Part shown: positions 21,154-29,896 of the stretch, in pieces
How positions within the stretch are numbered: the stretch's first letter is position 1
Layout of the letters: each line of letters begins with the position of its first letter
NCBI GenBank assembly: GCA_037441675.1
Contig: JBBIRS010000002.1
Coordinates: 135,249 to 199,248 of the forward strand
Reading direction: 5' to 3'
Length of the DNA: 64,000 nucleotides
Source: Planctomycetales bacterium
GTDB lineage: Bacteria > 4484-113
Position numbers and translations under genes: made by a program
Notes under the pieces: model-generated
The model's input: the letters and a program-made list of their open reading frames with translations, nothing else
What the model was told of the DNA's origin: nothing
The model's database searches: none

Positions 21154-21747
21154 TCAACAAACTATGCTATGATACGTGCTCTTTACGATTACGTCAAACT
21201 CAATGTTTACAAAATCTTTAGCTCTTAACTTACCTAAGTTCGTGTGCTTCAGTGTATATGGAATAAGATTGATGAGAAGCCGATTTTTTGTAACCTCACG
21301 CACTGTTAGACTTACGCCGTTAATTGCAATACTAGCTCCTTCAAAAACATAGCGTTCCCATGTGGCTGGAAGCTTTAGTTGAAGCTCCGCTTCAGTCTGC
21401 CTATTGTGCATCTTAAGCGAGATCACCTCTGAAATGCCATCCACATGGCCAAGAACAAAGTGCCCTCCAACTCTGTCACCAACTCTTAGGGGAAGCTCAA
21501 GATTAACCTTTGCCCCGGGTTTGAGGAATTGCAGATTCGTGCTTAGAAGCGTTTCTCTTAGTAGAGAGCTTTCAAAGCTTTCCCCCTCAATATTCTCGCA
21601 GGTTAGACAAACACCATTCACGGCGATGGAATCGCCACTTCTAAGTTCCAAAATGAGCTTCTTGCTTACCACCTGCAGATGCGCGTTATCTCTGCTTCTA
21701 CTTATCCTCTTTACAACACCAACTTCACCAATCAATCCAGTAAACAC
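21154..21747 (-). CDS. ribE: Riboflavin synthase
   Basis: MFTGLI, GDSIAVNGVCLT, GGHFVLGHVD, GASIAINGVSLT. Confidence 0.96.
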   Translation of the reverse strand: MFTGLIGEVGVVKRISRSRDNAHLQVVSKKLILELRSGDSIAVNGVCLTCENIEGESFESSLLRETLLSTNLQFLKPGAKVNLELPLRVGDRVGGHFVLGHVDGISEVISLKMHNRQTEAELQLKLPATWERYVFEGASIAINGVSLTVREVTKNRLLINLIPYTLKHTNLGKLRAKDFVNIEFDVIVKSTYHSIVC

Positions 21748-21845
21748 GCAATCCTAAGTATACATCCAAATTGTTAAAAGCTTATCATAATCGGCAAAAA
21801 ACATATAGTTGGAAACCAAACGAAGTGGCAATCATCACTGTTAAT

Positions 21846-21878
21846 GCTTAAAATTCCCACACGGGGAAACTAAACAGC
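21846..21878 (-). promoter_or_regulatory. Putative bacterial SECIS element
   Basis: After UGA: GCUGUUUAGUUUCCC-CGUGU-GGGAAUUUUAAGC; UUCCC/GGGAA stem, G-containing apical loop about 15-16 nt from the UGA. Confidence 0.65.
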
Positions 21879-22085
21879 TCATCCTCCACCAAAGCCGACA
21901 GTCACCTTATTATTCTCATCCACAATGACGGGAACAATGCGACCGCCCGATATCTTAACCATCTCTTCTATCCTTTCCTTCTGTTCGGAAAGATTTATCT
22001 CTGTGAAATTGACACCACGTTTGCGCAAGTCCTCCAAAGCCTTAGCGCAGTAAGGACATCCTGTCTTTGTATAAATGGTAACCAT
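21870..22085 (-). CDS. UXX-star glutaredoxin-like selenoprotein (CPYC, C-terminal GFGGG-U-A-V)
   Basis: CPYC and VPVI glutaredoxin motifs; the minus strand reads GGC TTT GGT GGA GGA TGA GCT GTT TAG, so TGA 21879-21881 is followed by two codons and a TAG; hairpin just downstream. Confidence 0.85.
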
Positions 22086-22297
22086 ACTTCAAATTATACC
22101 TTTGAGGTTAGTCCAATAATTTTGCTTAGAGTTGTACTTAAGCTTTAGCAAAATACTCTTCTCGCCTACCCTAAAAACAAAACCGATCTGTTCAAATGGC
22201 TATGCTAATATAATATCTGAGTAAGTCATCATACGGAGGAAGGCAAGCCCAGTCATCCCGATCAAGCATAGCAAAAAAAATAATTCGGGAGAAGACA

Positions 22298-23713
22298 ATG
22301 GGCAAAACAAAACCTACTTACTGGAAACCGCCAAAGGACTTAAAGAACCTGATTGCATTAGAACCATTCAGGATAAAGATGGTTGAACATTCACCTCTAG
22401 TCAGCAGAGAAAGAAGGGAAAAAGCTCTTGCTGAAGCTCATTATAACGTCTTCAACCTGAAGAGTAAGGACATATATATTGATCTTCTGACTGACTCTGG
22501 AACATCAGCCATGAGTAGCAATCAATGGTCCGAACTTCTACTTGGCGATGAATCCTATGCAGGCTCATCCTCCTTTGACAAATTGCGGGAAACAGTGGAA
22601 GACATTTTTGGATACAAGTTCGTGTTACCAGCTCATCAGGGGAGAAGCGCCGAGCTTGTCTTAATGAGTCATTTTGTAAAGCCAGATTGTTTGGTCCCGG
22701 GCAATATGCACTTTGATACAACCTCAGCTCATATTGAGTTTCAAGGAGGGATCCCAATAAACTTTCCGCACCCAAGCTTGTTTAACTTAGAGGATCGCAT
22801 TATGTTCAAAGGGAACGTTGATTTGGACGCCCTATCCACCTTTCTTAAAAAGAACCACAAGAAAGTACCATTAGTGATTATCACTGCAACATCCAATTCA
22901 GGAGGCGGTCAGCCTATCTCCCTTGAAAATATAAAAGAGTTGAGCAAGCTCTGTTACAGGTATAACACGCCACTTTTTATTGATTCAGCGCGGGTAATTG
23001 AGAATGCCTACTTTATTAAAACTTATGAGGCAGGTCATCAAAAAAAATCTATCAAATCTATTCTAAGAGAGATAATGTCCCACGCTACCGGGATGATAAT
23101 GAGTGCAAAGAAAGATGGCTTGGTGAATATCGGCGGATTCATCGCGGTAAATGATGAAAAGCTTTACAACCAGCTGAAGGAATACACGATTCTTTTTGAC
23201 GGTTTCATCACCTATGGAGGACTCGCTGGTAGAGATTTAATGGCAATTGCCCAAGGGTTGAAGGAAGCTACAGACCTTTCGTACTTAAAGTACCGAATTT
23301 CTCAGATTGCATACCTTTGTCTTACGCTAGAAAGGGAAAACATTAGGGTAATGATGCCTCCTGGTGGACATGCAGTTTATGTTGATGGGCTTTCTTTCTG
23401 CCCTCATTTGAAGGTGACAGAGTATCCCGCTTGCGCCCTCACGTTAGCCTTATACTTGGAGGGTGGAATAAGGGCTTGCGAAGTTGGTATTGTTCTTGCT
23501 GGTAGAGACCCTAAAACAGGCAAGGAAAGATTAAATGGTCTTGACCTAATGCGTCTCGCAATCCCACGTAGAGTTTACTCATTCAACCAATTAAATTACG
23601 TTGCTGATATCCTTGTTGAGCTTAAAAGAAAATCTTATAAAATTAGAGGTGTAAGATTTGTGGAAGAAGCACGAGTTTTGCGTCATTTTACATCTAAATT
23701 CGCGTTAATTTAG
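22298..23713 (+). CDS. tnaA: Tryptophanase (PLP-dependent beta-eliminating lyase)
   Basis: EPFRIKMVE, IDLLTDSGT, HQGR, MSAKKDG (PLP lysine), TYGGLAGRD, RLAIPRRVY; LRHFT matches tryptophanase rather than tyrosine phenol-lyase (LRFFT). Confidence 0.88.
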   Translation: MGKTKPTYWKPPKDLKNLIALEPFRIKMVEHSPLVSRERREKALAEAHYNVFNLKSKDIYIDLLTDSGTSAMSSNQWSELLLGDESYAGSSSFDKLRETVEDIFGYKFVLPAHQGRSAELVLMSHFVKPDCLVPGNMHFDTTSAHIEFQGGIPINFPHPSLFNLEDRIMFKGNVDLDALSTFLKKNHKKVPLVIITATSNSGGGQPISLENIKELSKLCYRYNTPLFIDSARVIENAYFIKTYEAGHQKKSIKSILREIMSHATGMIMSAKKDGLVNIGGFIAVNDEKLYNQLKEYTILFDGFITYGGLAGRDLMAIAQGLKEATDLSYLKYRISQIAYLCLTLERENIRVMMPPGGHAVYVDGLSFCPHLKVTEYPACALTLALYLEGGIRACEVGIVLAGRDPKTGKERLNGLDLMRLAIPRRVYSFNQLNYVADILVELKRKSYKIRGVRFVEEARVLRHFTSKFALI

Positions 23714-23776
23714 CTCTTGTGGATTTATTGGTAGTATTTTCCCCCTTGAATTTCACTATTTTTTTAGGAACAGACT

Positions 23777-25114
23777 ATGAATGAGACACGAGTTGTAATC
23801 TTGGGAGCGGCTGGACGCGATTTCCATAACTTCAACTGCATCTTCCGGGATAATGCGTCTTATAGAGTTATTGCATTTACCGCTACCCAAATTCCAGAGA
23901 TAGAAGGAAGGCTTTACCCTCCGTCCCTCGCAGGAAAACGATACCCCGAAGGCATTTCGATACTCTCAATGGATGATTTAGAGAGCTTAATTAACAAATT
24001 TGATGTGGATGAGTGTTACTTCAGTTACTCAGACACATCTTACACAGAGGTAATGCAGGTTGCATCAAGAGTACTTAGCGCTGGAGCTAAATTTTGCCTC
24101 CTTCCTCCTTCCCTTACAATGCTAAGCGTTGAAAAACCCGCCATTGGAGTTGTTGCGGTTCGGACCGGCAGTGGCAAGAGCCAGACAGCGCGATTCATCG
24201 CAAGGACACTAAATTCAATGGGAAAGAGGGTTGCGGTGGTGCGTCATCCAATGGCATATGGCAATTTGGAGATGCAGAGGGTTCAGAAGTTTGAAGAGTT
24301 TGAAGATTTGAATAGGTATCAGTGCACCATTGAAGAGAGAGAGGAGTATGAGCACCACATCAGAGCTGGTAATCTCGTTTTTGCAGGGGTGGATTATGCA
24401 GAGGTACTCAAATGCGCGGAGCAATCCGCTGACATCATACTTTGGGATGGCGGTAATAATGATACTCCCTTTGTAAAAACAGACCTATTAATCACCGTTG
24501 CCGACCCACTAAGGGCTGGTCATGAACGGCTTTACTACCCCGGTGAAATTAATTTAATGCTCGCGGACGTTGTTATCATTAATAAGGTTGATTGCGCAGA
24601 GGCGTGGCAAGTTGAAACCATTGAGCAGAATGCGAAGCTCATAAATCCAAAAGCTAGGATAATTTGTACGCGCTCGCCAGTAACAGTTGATAATCCGGAG
24701 TTGATAAAAGGCAAAAGGGTACTGTGCGTGGAAGACGGTCCTACACTCACTCATGGTGAAATGGCATATGGAGCTGCGTTCATTGCTGCAAAGAAATACG
24801 GCGCTAAGGAGATTATCTCTCCCAAGAATTTTGCAGTAGGATCAATTCACCAAGCCTTTATGAAGTATAAGCACCTCAAAGATGTGCTCCCAGCACTAGG
24901 TTACTCTAAACATCAGCTAAAAGAGCTGGAAGAAACAATAGCGCGCGTTCCCTGCGATACAGTTATAGTCGGAACTCCAATTGACCTAGCAAAGATTATC
25001 AAAACTGTTCAACCGATGGTGCGCGCATACTATAGACTAGAAGAGATAGAGCAGGGTTCAATCCTCAATATAATTCAAAGAACTCTGGATGAATTTCCTG
25101 CTCTTAAGAAGTGA
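23777..25114 (+). CDS. COG2403-type P-loop protein (cyclic 2,3-diphosphoglycerate synthetase / arginine synthetase family)
   Basis: GAAGRDFHNFN, AVRTGSGKSQT, RHPM.YG, TIEEREEYE, WDGGNND, VEDGPTLTHG. Confidence 0.85.
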   Translation: MNETRVVILGAAGRDFHNFNCIFRDNASYRVIAFTATQIPEIEGRLYPPSLAGKRYPEGISILSMDDLESLINKFDVDECYFSYSDTSYTEVMQVASRVLSAGAKFCLLPPSLTMLSVEKPAIGVVAVRTGSGKSQTARFIARTLNSMGKRVAVVRHPMAYGNLEMQRVQKFEEFEDLNRYQCTIEEREEYEHHIRAGNLVFAGVDYAEVLKCAEQSADIILWDGGNNDTPFVKTDLLITVADPLRAGHERLYYPGEINLMLADVVIINKVDCAEAWQVETIEQNAKLINPKARIICTRSPVTVDNPELIKGKRVLCVEDGPTLTHGEMAYGAAFIAAKKYGAKEIISPKNFAVGSIHQAFMKYKHLKDVLPALGYSKHQLKELEETIARVPCDTVIVGTPIDLAKIIKTVQPMVRAYYRLEEIEQGSILNIIQRTLDEFPALKK

Positions 25115-25171
25115 AGCCCACGTAAGCTGATTCTTCAACTAAACATTTAGGTAATTCATTATTCTATTCAG

Positions 25172-25210
25172 AAGAAAAAGAAGAAGGGGTGGAACAAAGC
25201 CCACCCCTCG
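25172..25210 (-). terminator. Intrinsic terminator downstream of hup
   Basis: Minus strand AGGGGTGG-loop-CCACCCCT followed by TCTTCTTTTT. Confidence 0.75.
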
Positions 25211-25259
25211 TCATAAACAAACAAGTTTATAGCTACCAGAAATTTTAGAGACTTGAGAA

Positions 25260-25544
25260 TTAACTAACCTGATCTTTGAGTGCTTTACCAGCAGTGAACT
25301 TCGGCACTTTGCGAGCGGGGATCTCTATCTTAGCGCCAGTCTGAGGATTTACCCCGGTTCTCTTCTTCCGCTTAGCGACACCGAATGTGCCAAATCCGGT
25401 AAGCTGAACTTTACCACCTTTCTTCAGGGTTTGGGTGATTACATCTAGAGCAGCATCCACTGCCGCCTTGGCTTTTGTTTTCTCAATTCCAGCATGCTTT
25501 GCCACTTGCTCGACGAGTTCTGTTTTTCCAATGGCTCCTGCCAT
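25260..25544 (-). CDS. hup: DNA-binding protein HU
   Basis: KTELVEQVA, VQLTGFGTF, RTGVNPQTG, PKFTAGKALK; SD AAGGAGG before ATG 25544. Confidence 0.96.
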   Translation of the reverse strand: MAGAIGKTELVEQVAKHAGIEKTKAKAAVDAALDVITQTLKKGGKVQLTGFGTFGVAKRKKRTGVNPQTGAKIEIPARKVPKFTAGKALKDQVS

Positions 25545-25746
25545 ATTTCTGACCTCCTTTAATTTAAGATAATAGTTTTGTAGCACATTTTATGCTGATT
25601 GACAAGGGGTTTTGCCAATTAGAATGCGGATTTTCCCAAGATAGTAACTTCAAAATACGCATAAAATCTGATAATTTTGATAGTTATGCTTTAGTTTTAT
25701 TGGATTCGTCACACTTTTAAGAGACAGAGGCTCGCCAGACTATTTC

Positions 25747-25775
25747 TTGATTAACAGTAAAATGCAGTTTATAAT
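25747..25775 (+). promoter_or_regulatory. Sigma70-type promoter for scoA
   Basis: TTGATT-N17-TATAAT. Confidence 0.65.
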
Positions 25776-25819
25776 CGATTAAGTTTGGTTTCATAATTAA
25801 GACCTGTTAGGAGGGAATT

Positions 25820-26578
25820 ATGGTAAGAGTTGTCTCAAATGCATTAGAAGCATTGAAGTCCGCAGGGGTTCGAGATGGTATGACGATAATGGCAGGAGGG
25901 TTTGGGCTTTGCGGCATTCCAGAAAATTGCATTAGCGCGCTAAGGGAATTGGGCGTAAAAGATTTAACTGTAATGTCAAACAATGCTGGTGTAGACGATT
26001 TTGGTCTTGGTCTTTTAATGCAGACAAAACAGATAAAAAAGATGATTGCCACATACGTGGGGGAAAATAATATCTTTGAACAGCAGTACCTCTCCGGAGA
26101 ACTTGAACTTGAGCTAAACCCTCAAGGAACATTCGCGGAAAGGATTCGTGCTGCTGGGGCTGGCATTCCCGCTTTCTACACTCCCACAGGTTACGGCACC
26201 CCAATCAGCGAAGGCGGATTAATAATTAAATACACTAAAGACGGAAAGCCGGAAATAGTATCACAACCTAAAGAGGTGCGAGAGTTTGATGGGAAGATGT
26301 ACGTGCTTGAGCGTTGGCTAAAGGCTGATTTAGCCATAATTAAAGCATGGAAAGGTGACAAGATGGGTAACCTCGTCTACAGGTATACCGCAAGAAACTT
26401 TAATCCGATGATGGCTACCGCCGCAGATATAACAATTGCTGAAGTTGAAGAGCTTGTTGAAATTGGAGAACTTAATCCAGATTGCATTCATACACCAGGC
26501 ATCTACGTGGATTTTATATTTCAAGGCGTAGGCTACGAGAAGAGAATTGAACAGAGAACAGCCCTGAAAAAAGCCTAG
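25820..26578 (+). CDS. scoA: 3-oxoacid CoA-transferase subunit A
   Basis: GGFGLCGIPEN, SNNAG, PQGTFAERIRA.GAGIPAFYT.TG.GT, TARNFNP.MA, IHTPGIYV. Confidence 0.93.
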   Translation: MVRVVSNALEALKSAGVRDGMTIMAGGFGLCGIPENCISALRELGVKDLTVMSNNAGVDDFGLGLLMQTKQIKKMIATYVGENNIFEQQYLSGELELELNPQGTFAERIRAAGAGIPAFYTPTGYGTPISEGGLIIKYTKDGKPEIVSQPKEVREFDGKMYVLERWLKADLAIIKAWKGDKMGNLVYRYTARNFNPMMATAADITIAEVEELVEIGELNPDCIHTPGIYVDFIFQGVGYEKRIEQRTALKKA

Positions 26579-26679
26579 CGGAAATACTTATTCTATCTGC
26601 CATCATAGACATTCATCTGCTCTTATTTCCCTCATTTTGCTTTCCTTTCATGTGGGTAGCGTGTAGGGTATCATCCCAA

Positions 26680-28083
26680 TCAATCGGGAAAAATCTTTCC
26701 CGGGTTGAGTATCCCATCTGGATCAAAAACACTTTTAATTGCCCTTTGGATTCTTATCTCGCTTTCGGATAGTTGAAGCGGAAGAAAATTTCTCTTTTGG
26801 ATGCCTATTCCATGCTCCGCCGCTATACTTCCGCCCATTTCAACAACAGTCTTGAAAAGTTCAGGAAGCATTTCTTTAACTGCTGGAATTCTAGGGTCAT
26901 TCTTGTCATCCATCAAGAAACTAACATGCAGATTGCCATGACCGAGATGCCCATAAATTACAGGATGCGGGACTGGCTCTTTTACAATCCTGCGTAGCCT
27001 ATTTACAAATTCAGCCACCTGCGCTCTAGGTATTGCCACATCCTGCTCAAGTCGGTAGGATGCGACTTGGAAGAGTGTTGGAGCCATACTCTTCCTAACG
27101 TCCCATAGAACCTCGCGCTCATTCTCTTCTTCCGCTTCACGCCAACTAAGGAGCCTATACCTTGAGCAGACTTCATTTATTCTGCCAATTTCAGCTCGAG
27201 TCGCTTCGGAATGGGAACCGTCAACCTCTAGTAGAAGGGCGGACTTGCATTCGAGATGCAACAAAGATAGCTCGCGACCGCGCCTTACGCAATTTAACGC
27301 TTCTTCGCCAATAAATTCTAACGAGCGTGGAACTATGCCTGACTTGATAATATCGGCGGAACAATTTAAGGCATCCTCCTCGCTCTCAAATTGGGCAAAG
27401 GCACAACGGATTGATGATGGTTTAGGTATAAGTCTCAGCGTAATTTCAAGTATCACTGCGAGTGTGCCCTCGCTACCCACAATTAAGCTCACTAAGTCAT
27501 AGCCTGCAACATTCATAGTGGTGTAAACACCGGTGGTGAAAACTTCCCCACTAGGAATAACGCACTTCACAGCTAGAACATAATTCCTCGTGCTACCATA
27601 CTTGACAACCCGCATCCCGCCAGCGTTCTCAGCTGCGTTACCGCCTATGGTGCAAAAAGCACTACTACCTGGGTCTGGCGGATAAAATAATCCATACTTC
27701 TCAACTTCACTCTGTAAATCACCTGTCACCACTCCTGGCTCAACAACTGCGGTTAAATTATCCCTATCTATCTTCAGTATTCGGTTTAACCGAGTAAAGT
27801 TAAGAACTATCCCTGATTCAGTAGGCACAAAGCTTCCCACCATGCCAGAGGCTGCCCCACGAGAGAAGATGGGTATTTTGTACTTCCCAGCTAATTTGAC
27901 AACGGTTATTGCTTCTTCTTGCGTTTTGGGAGAAATAACAGCGTTTGCAAGCCCTTGCTCCTTTGAAGCATCCGTTGAATGCATTACTATGTCCGCTATA
28001 TCAGTGGAGATTGAGACATCGTTAACCTTACCCCTCAGCTCCTTCAAAAAAGAACCAAACCGTTCTCTGAAATCACCTTGCAT
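26680..28083 (-). CDS. FAD-linked oxidase, GlcD/D-lactate dehydrogenase family
   Basis: YPPDP.S...CTIGGN.AENAGG, KYG.T, GSEGTL, GH.G.GNLH, AEHGIG, DP.GILNPGKIF. ATG 28083 or GTG 28089. Confidence 0.9.
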   Translation of the reverse strand: MQGDFRERFGSFLKELRGKVNDVSISTDIADIVMHSTDASKEQGLANAVISPKTQEEAITVVKLAGKYKIPIFSRGAASGMVGSFVPTESGIVLNFTRLNRILKIDRDNLTAVVEPGVVTGDLQSEVEKYGLFYPPDPGSSAFCTIGGNAAENAGGMRVVKYGSTRNYVLAVKCVIPSGEVFTTGVYTTMNVAGYDLVSLIVGSEGTLAVILEITLRLIPKPSSIRCAFAQFESEEDALNCSADIIKSGIVPRSLEFIGEEALNCVRRGRELSLLHLECKSALLLEVDGSHSEATRAEIGRINEVCSRYRLLSWREAEEENEREVLWDVRKSMAPTLFQVASYRLEQDVAIPRAQVAEFVNRLRRIVKEPVPHPVIYGHLGHGNLHVSFLMDDKNDPRIPAVKEMLPELFKTVVEMGGSIAAEHGIGIQKRNFLPLQLSESEIRIQRAIKSVFDPDGILNPGKIFPD

Positions 28084-29260
28084 TAACACTATTTTACTAC
28101 CTCACTGTCACTGAATAGTTTTTGGGTTTGCTATGTTACTAGTTACAATAAAAAACTCTATTTGTTCTACTATAATTCTTTTATGCCTTTAGTGGCTAGC
28201 CAAGAAGGAATTTGCAAGCGGTGGGCATTCATTCTGTTCACTGATATTTATCGCTCCACACAGCATTGGGAGAAGTATCCACAAGAATTTAGAATTGCGC
28301 TTGAGAAACATAACGAGCTAGTTGATAAAACCGTTGCTAACCACGAAGGTGAGATAATGAAGAATCTCGGTGACGGTTACATCGCTCTCTTTGAGGAGGC
28401 TGATAACTGTGTGAGGAGCGGGGTTGAAGTGCAGAGGAAGATTAGTGATGTCCAATCGCTTCCCGATGGATCAAAGATTCTAGTCCGCATCGTTGGGCAC
28501 GGAGGAGTGCTTCAGACGCTAGCCGTGGGACGCGGGTACTTCGGCAGGGCACTCAACCGATCGTCCCGCATCTGTCAGGTTTGCCATCCGGGGCAAATGC
28601 TCATTTCAAATGAGGTTCAGCAGTCCTTGAGGCAAGTTCGTGAAGAAGTTGAGATTGTTGATCTTGGCGTCCATCACTTAAGGGATTTAGCGTAGCCTGA
28701 GAGGCTCTATCAGGTCACCCATCCTTAGTTTCCAGTGCGCGAATTTCCGCCACTACCGACCCTTGGCTATCGTCCCAATAATCTCGTCTATCAGCCGAAC
28801 GCGTTCATTGGACGGGAGAGGGAGATGGGCGAGCTGAAAGAGGTAATTCTTGAGAAGAGGAACAGACTGCTAACAATAGTTGCGCCTGGCGGATATGGCA
28901 AGAGCAGGCTGGCGACGCAACTTTGCGCAAACCTCTTGGACTTCTTCGCAAATGGCATTTTTGAAGTTTTGCTTGCGCCAGTTGGATCGCACGAGCGCAT
29001 CGTCTCGGTAACTGCGGATGCGCTTGGCTTTCAGTTTTACGGGCGCGCTGACCCGAAGCAACAGCTTCTCGATTATCTTCGCGAGAAGGAAATGCTGATA
29101 CTCTTTGACAACTTTGAGCATATGATGGAGGGCAAGAACCTGCTCACGGATATTCTCGCCTATGCGCCGAACGTGAGTTTGCTGGTGACCTCCCGGGAGC
29201 CTCTTCACTTGAAGGCGGAGAAGGTGTATAGGCTTGAGCCGTTGTCGGTAATCCCACCAC

Positions 29261-29318
29261 GAGTAGCTCATGCTGACCAGCCTGAGGGAAAGGCGGAGCT
29301 AGTCAGCACCGCCTACTC
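29261..29318. repeat. GTAG-type REP doublet inside the cyclase-STAND reading frame
   Basis: GAGTAG...CTACTC ends; forward GTAG-CTCA-TGCTGACCAGCC-TGAG, reverse GTAG-GCGG-TGCTGACTAGCT-CCGC. Confidence 0.7.
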
Positions 29319-29836
29319 AGAAATGGAGGAAGGAGTCCCGGAGGCAGTGGAGCTCTTCATTGGCCGGGCGACGCTCGTCGAGCACGATTTTGCTCTCAGC
29401 GAAGAGAACTTGAAGATTATAAACACAATCTGCGAAAAACTTGAAGGAGTGCCACTGTCAATTGAGCTTTGCTCCGCCTGGGTTGACACGTTCACGCTTC
29501 CTGAGCTTCTTTCTGATATTGAAAATCAGCTTGATATAACTTCAAGGATGAGCGATGTTGAACCGCGCCATAGAAGCATGCGGGCAAGCCTGGATTGGAG
29601 TTACAACCTGCTTACTGGTAAGCAGAGGGAGGTTTTGCGAGCGGTTTCAGTCTTCAAGGGCGGGTTCTTCTTTGAGGCGGGCAAAGCACTCATTGACAAG
29701 ACTGATTTGCGCCAACTCCTCGTGAAACTTAGGGATAAGGGGTGGCTCTTCACACGAGAAGTTCTTGGCAAGACGCGCTTCTACCTCCGCGACGTCGCAT
29801 CCCACCAATACGCGTTTGAGAAGTTGAAGGAGTTAC

Positions 29837-29896
29837 GTGTAGGGAGACCACCCGTGGGTCGCCGAACACGGCGGGGCGCAGGTCCCCGCCCTACAC
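29837..29896. repeat. GTAG-type REP doublet (60 bp) inside the cyclase-STAND reading frame
   Basis: GTGTAGGG...CCCTACAC ends; forward GTAG-GGAGACC-N7-GGTCGCC, reverse GTAG-GGCGGGG-N7-CCCCGCC; translates as VGRPPVGRRTRRGAGPRPT. Confidence 0.8.

Noticed and set aside
21748..21869. FMN riboswitch upstream of ribE
   Set aside because: The region is short and lacks the conserved RFN motifs.
22086..22297. TnaC-like leader peptide, and short 16S-like words (AAGTCATCAT, CGGAGGAAGG)
   Set aside because: No Trp-containing short ORF on the plus strand; the 16S-like words are about 10 nt and out of order, so probably chance.
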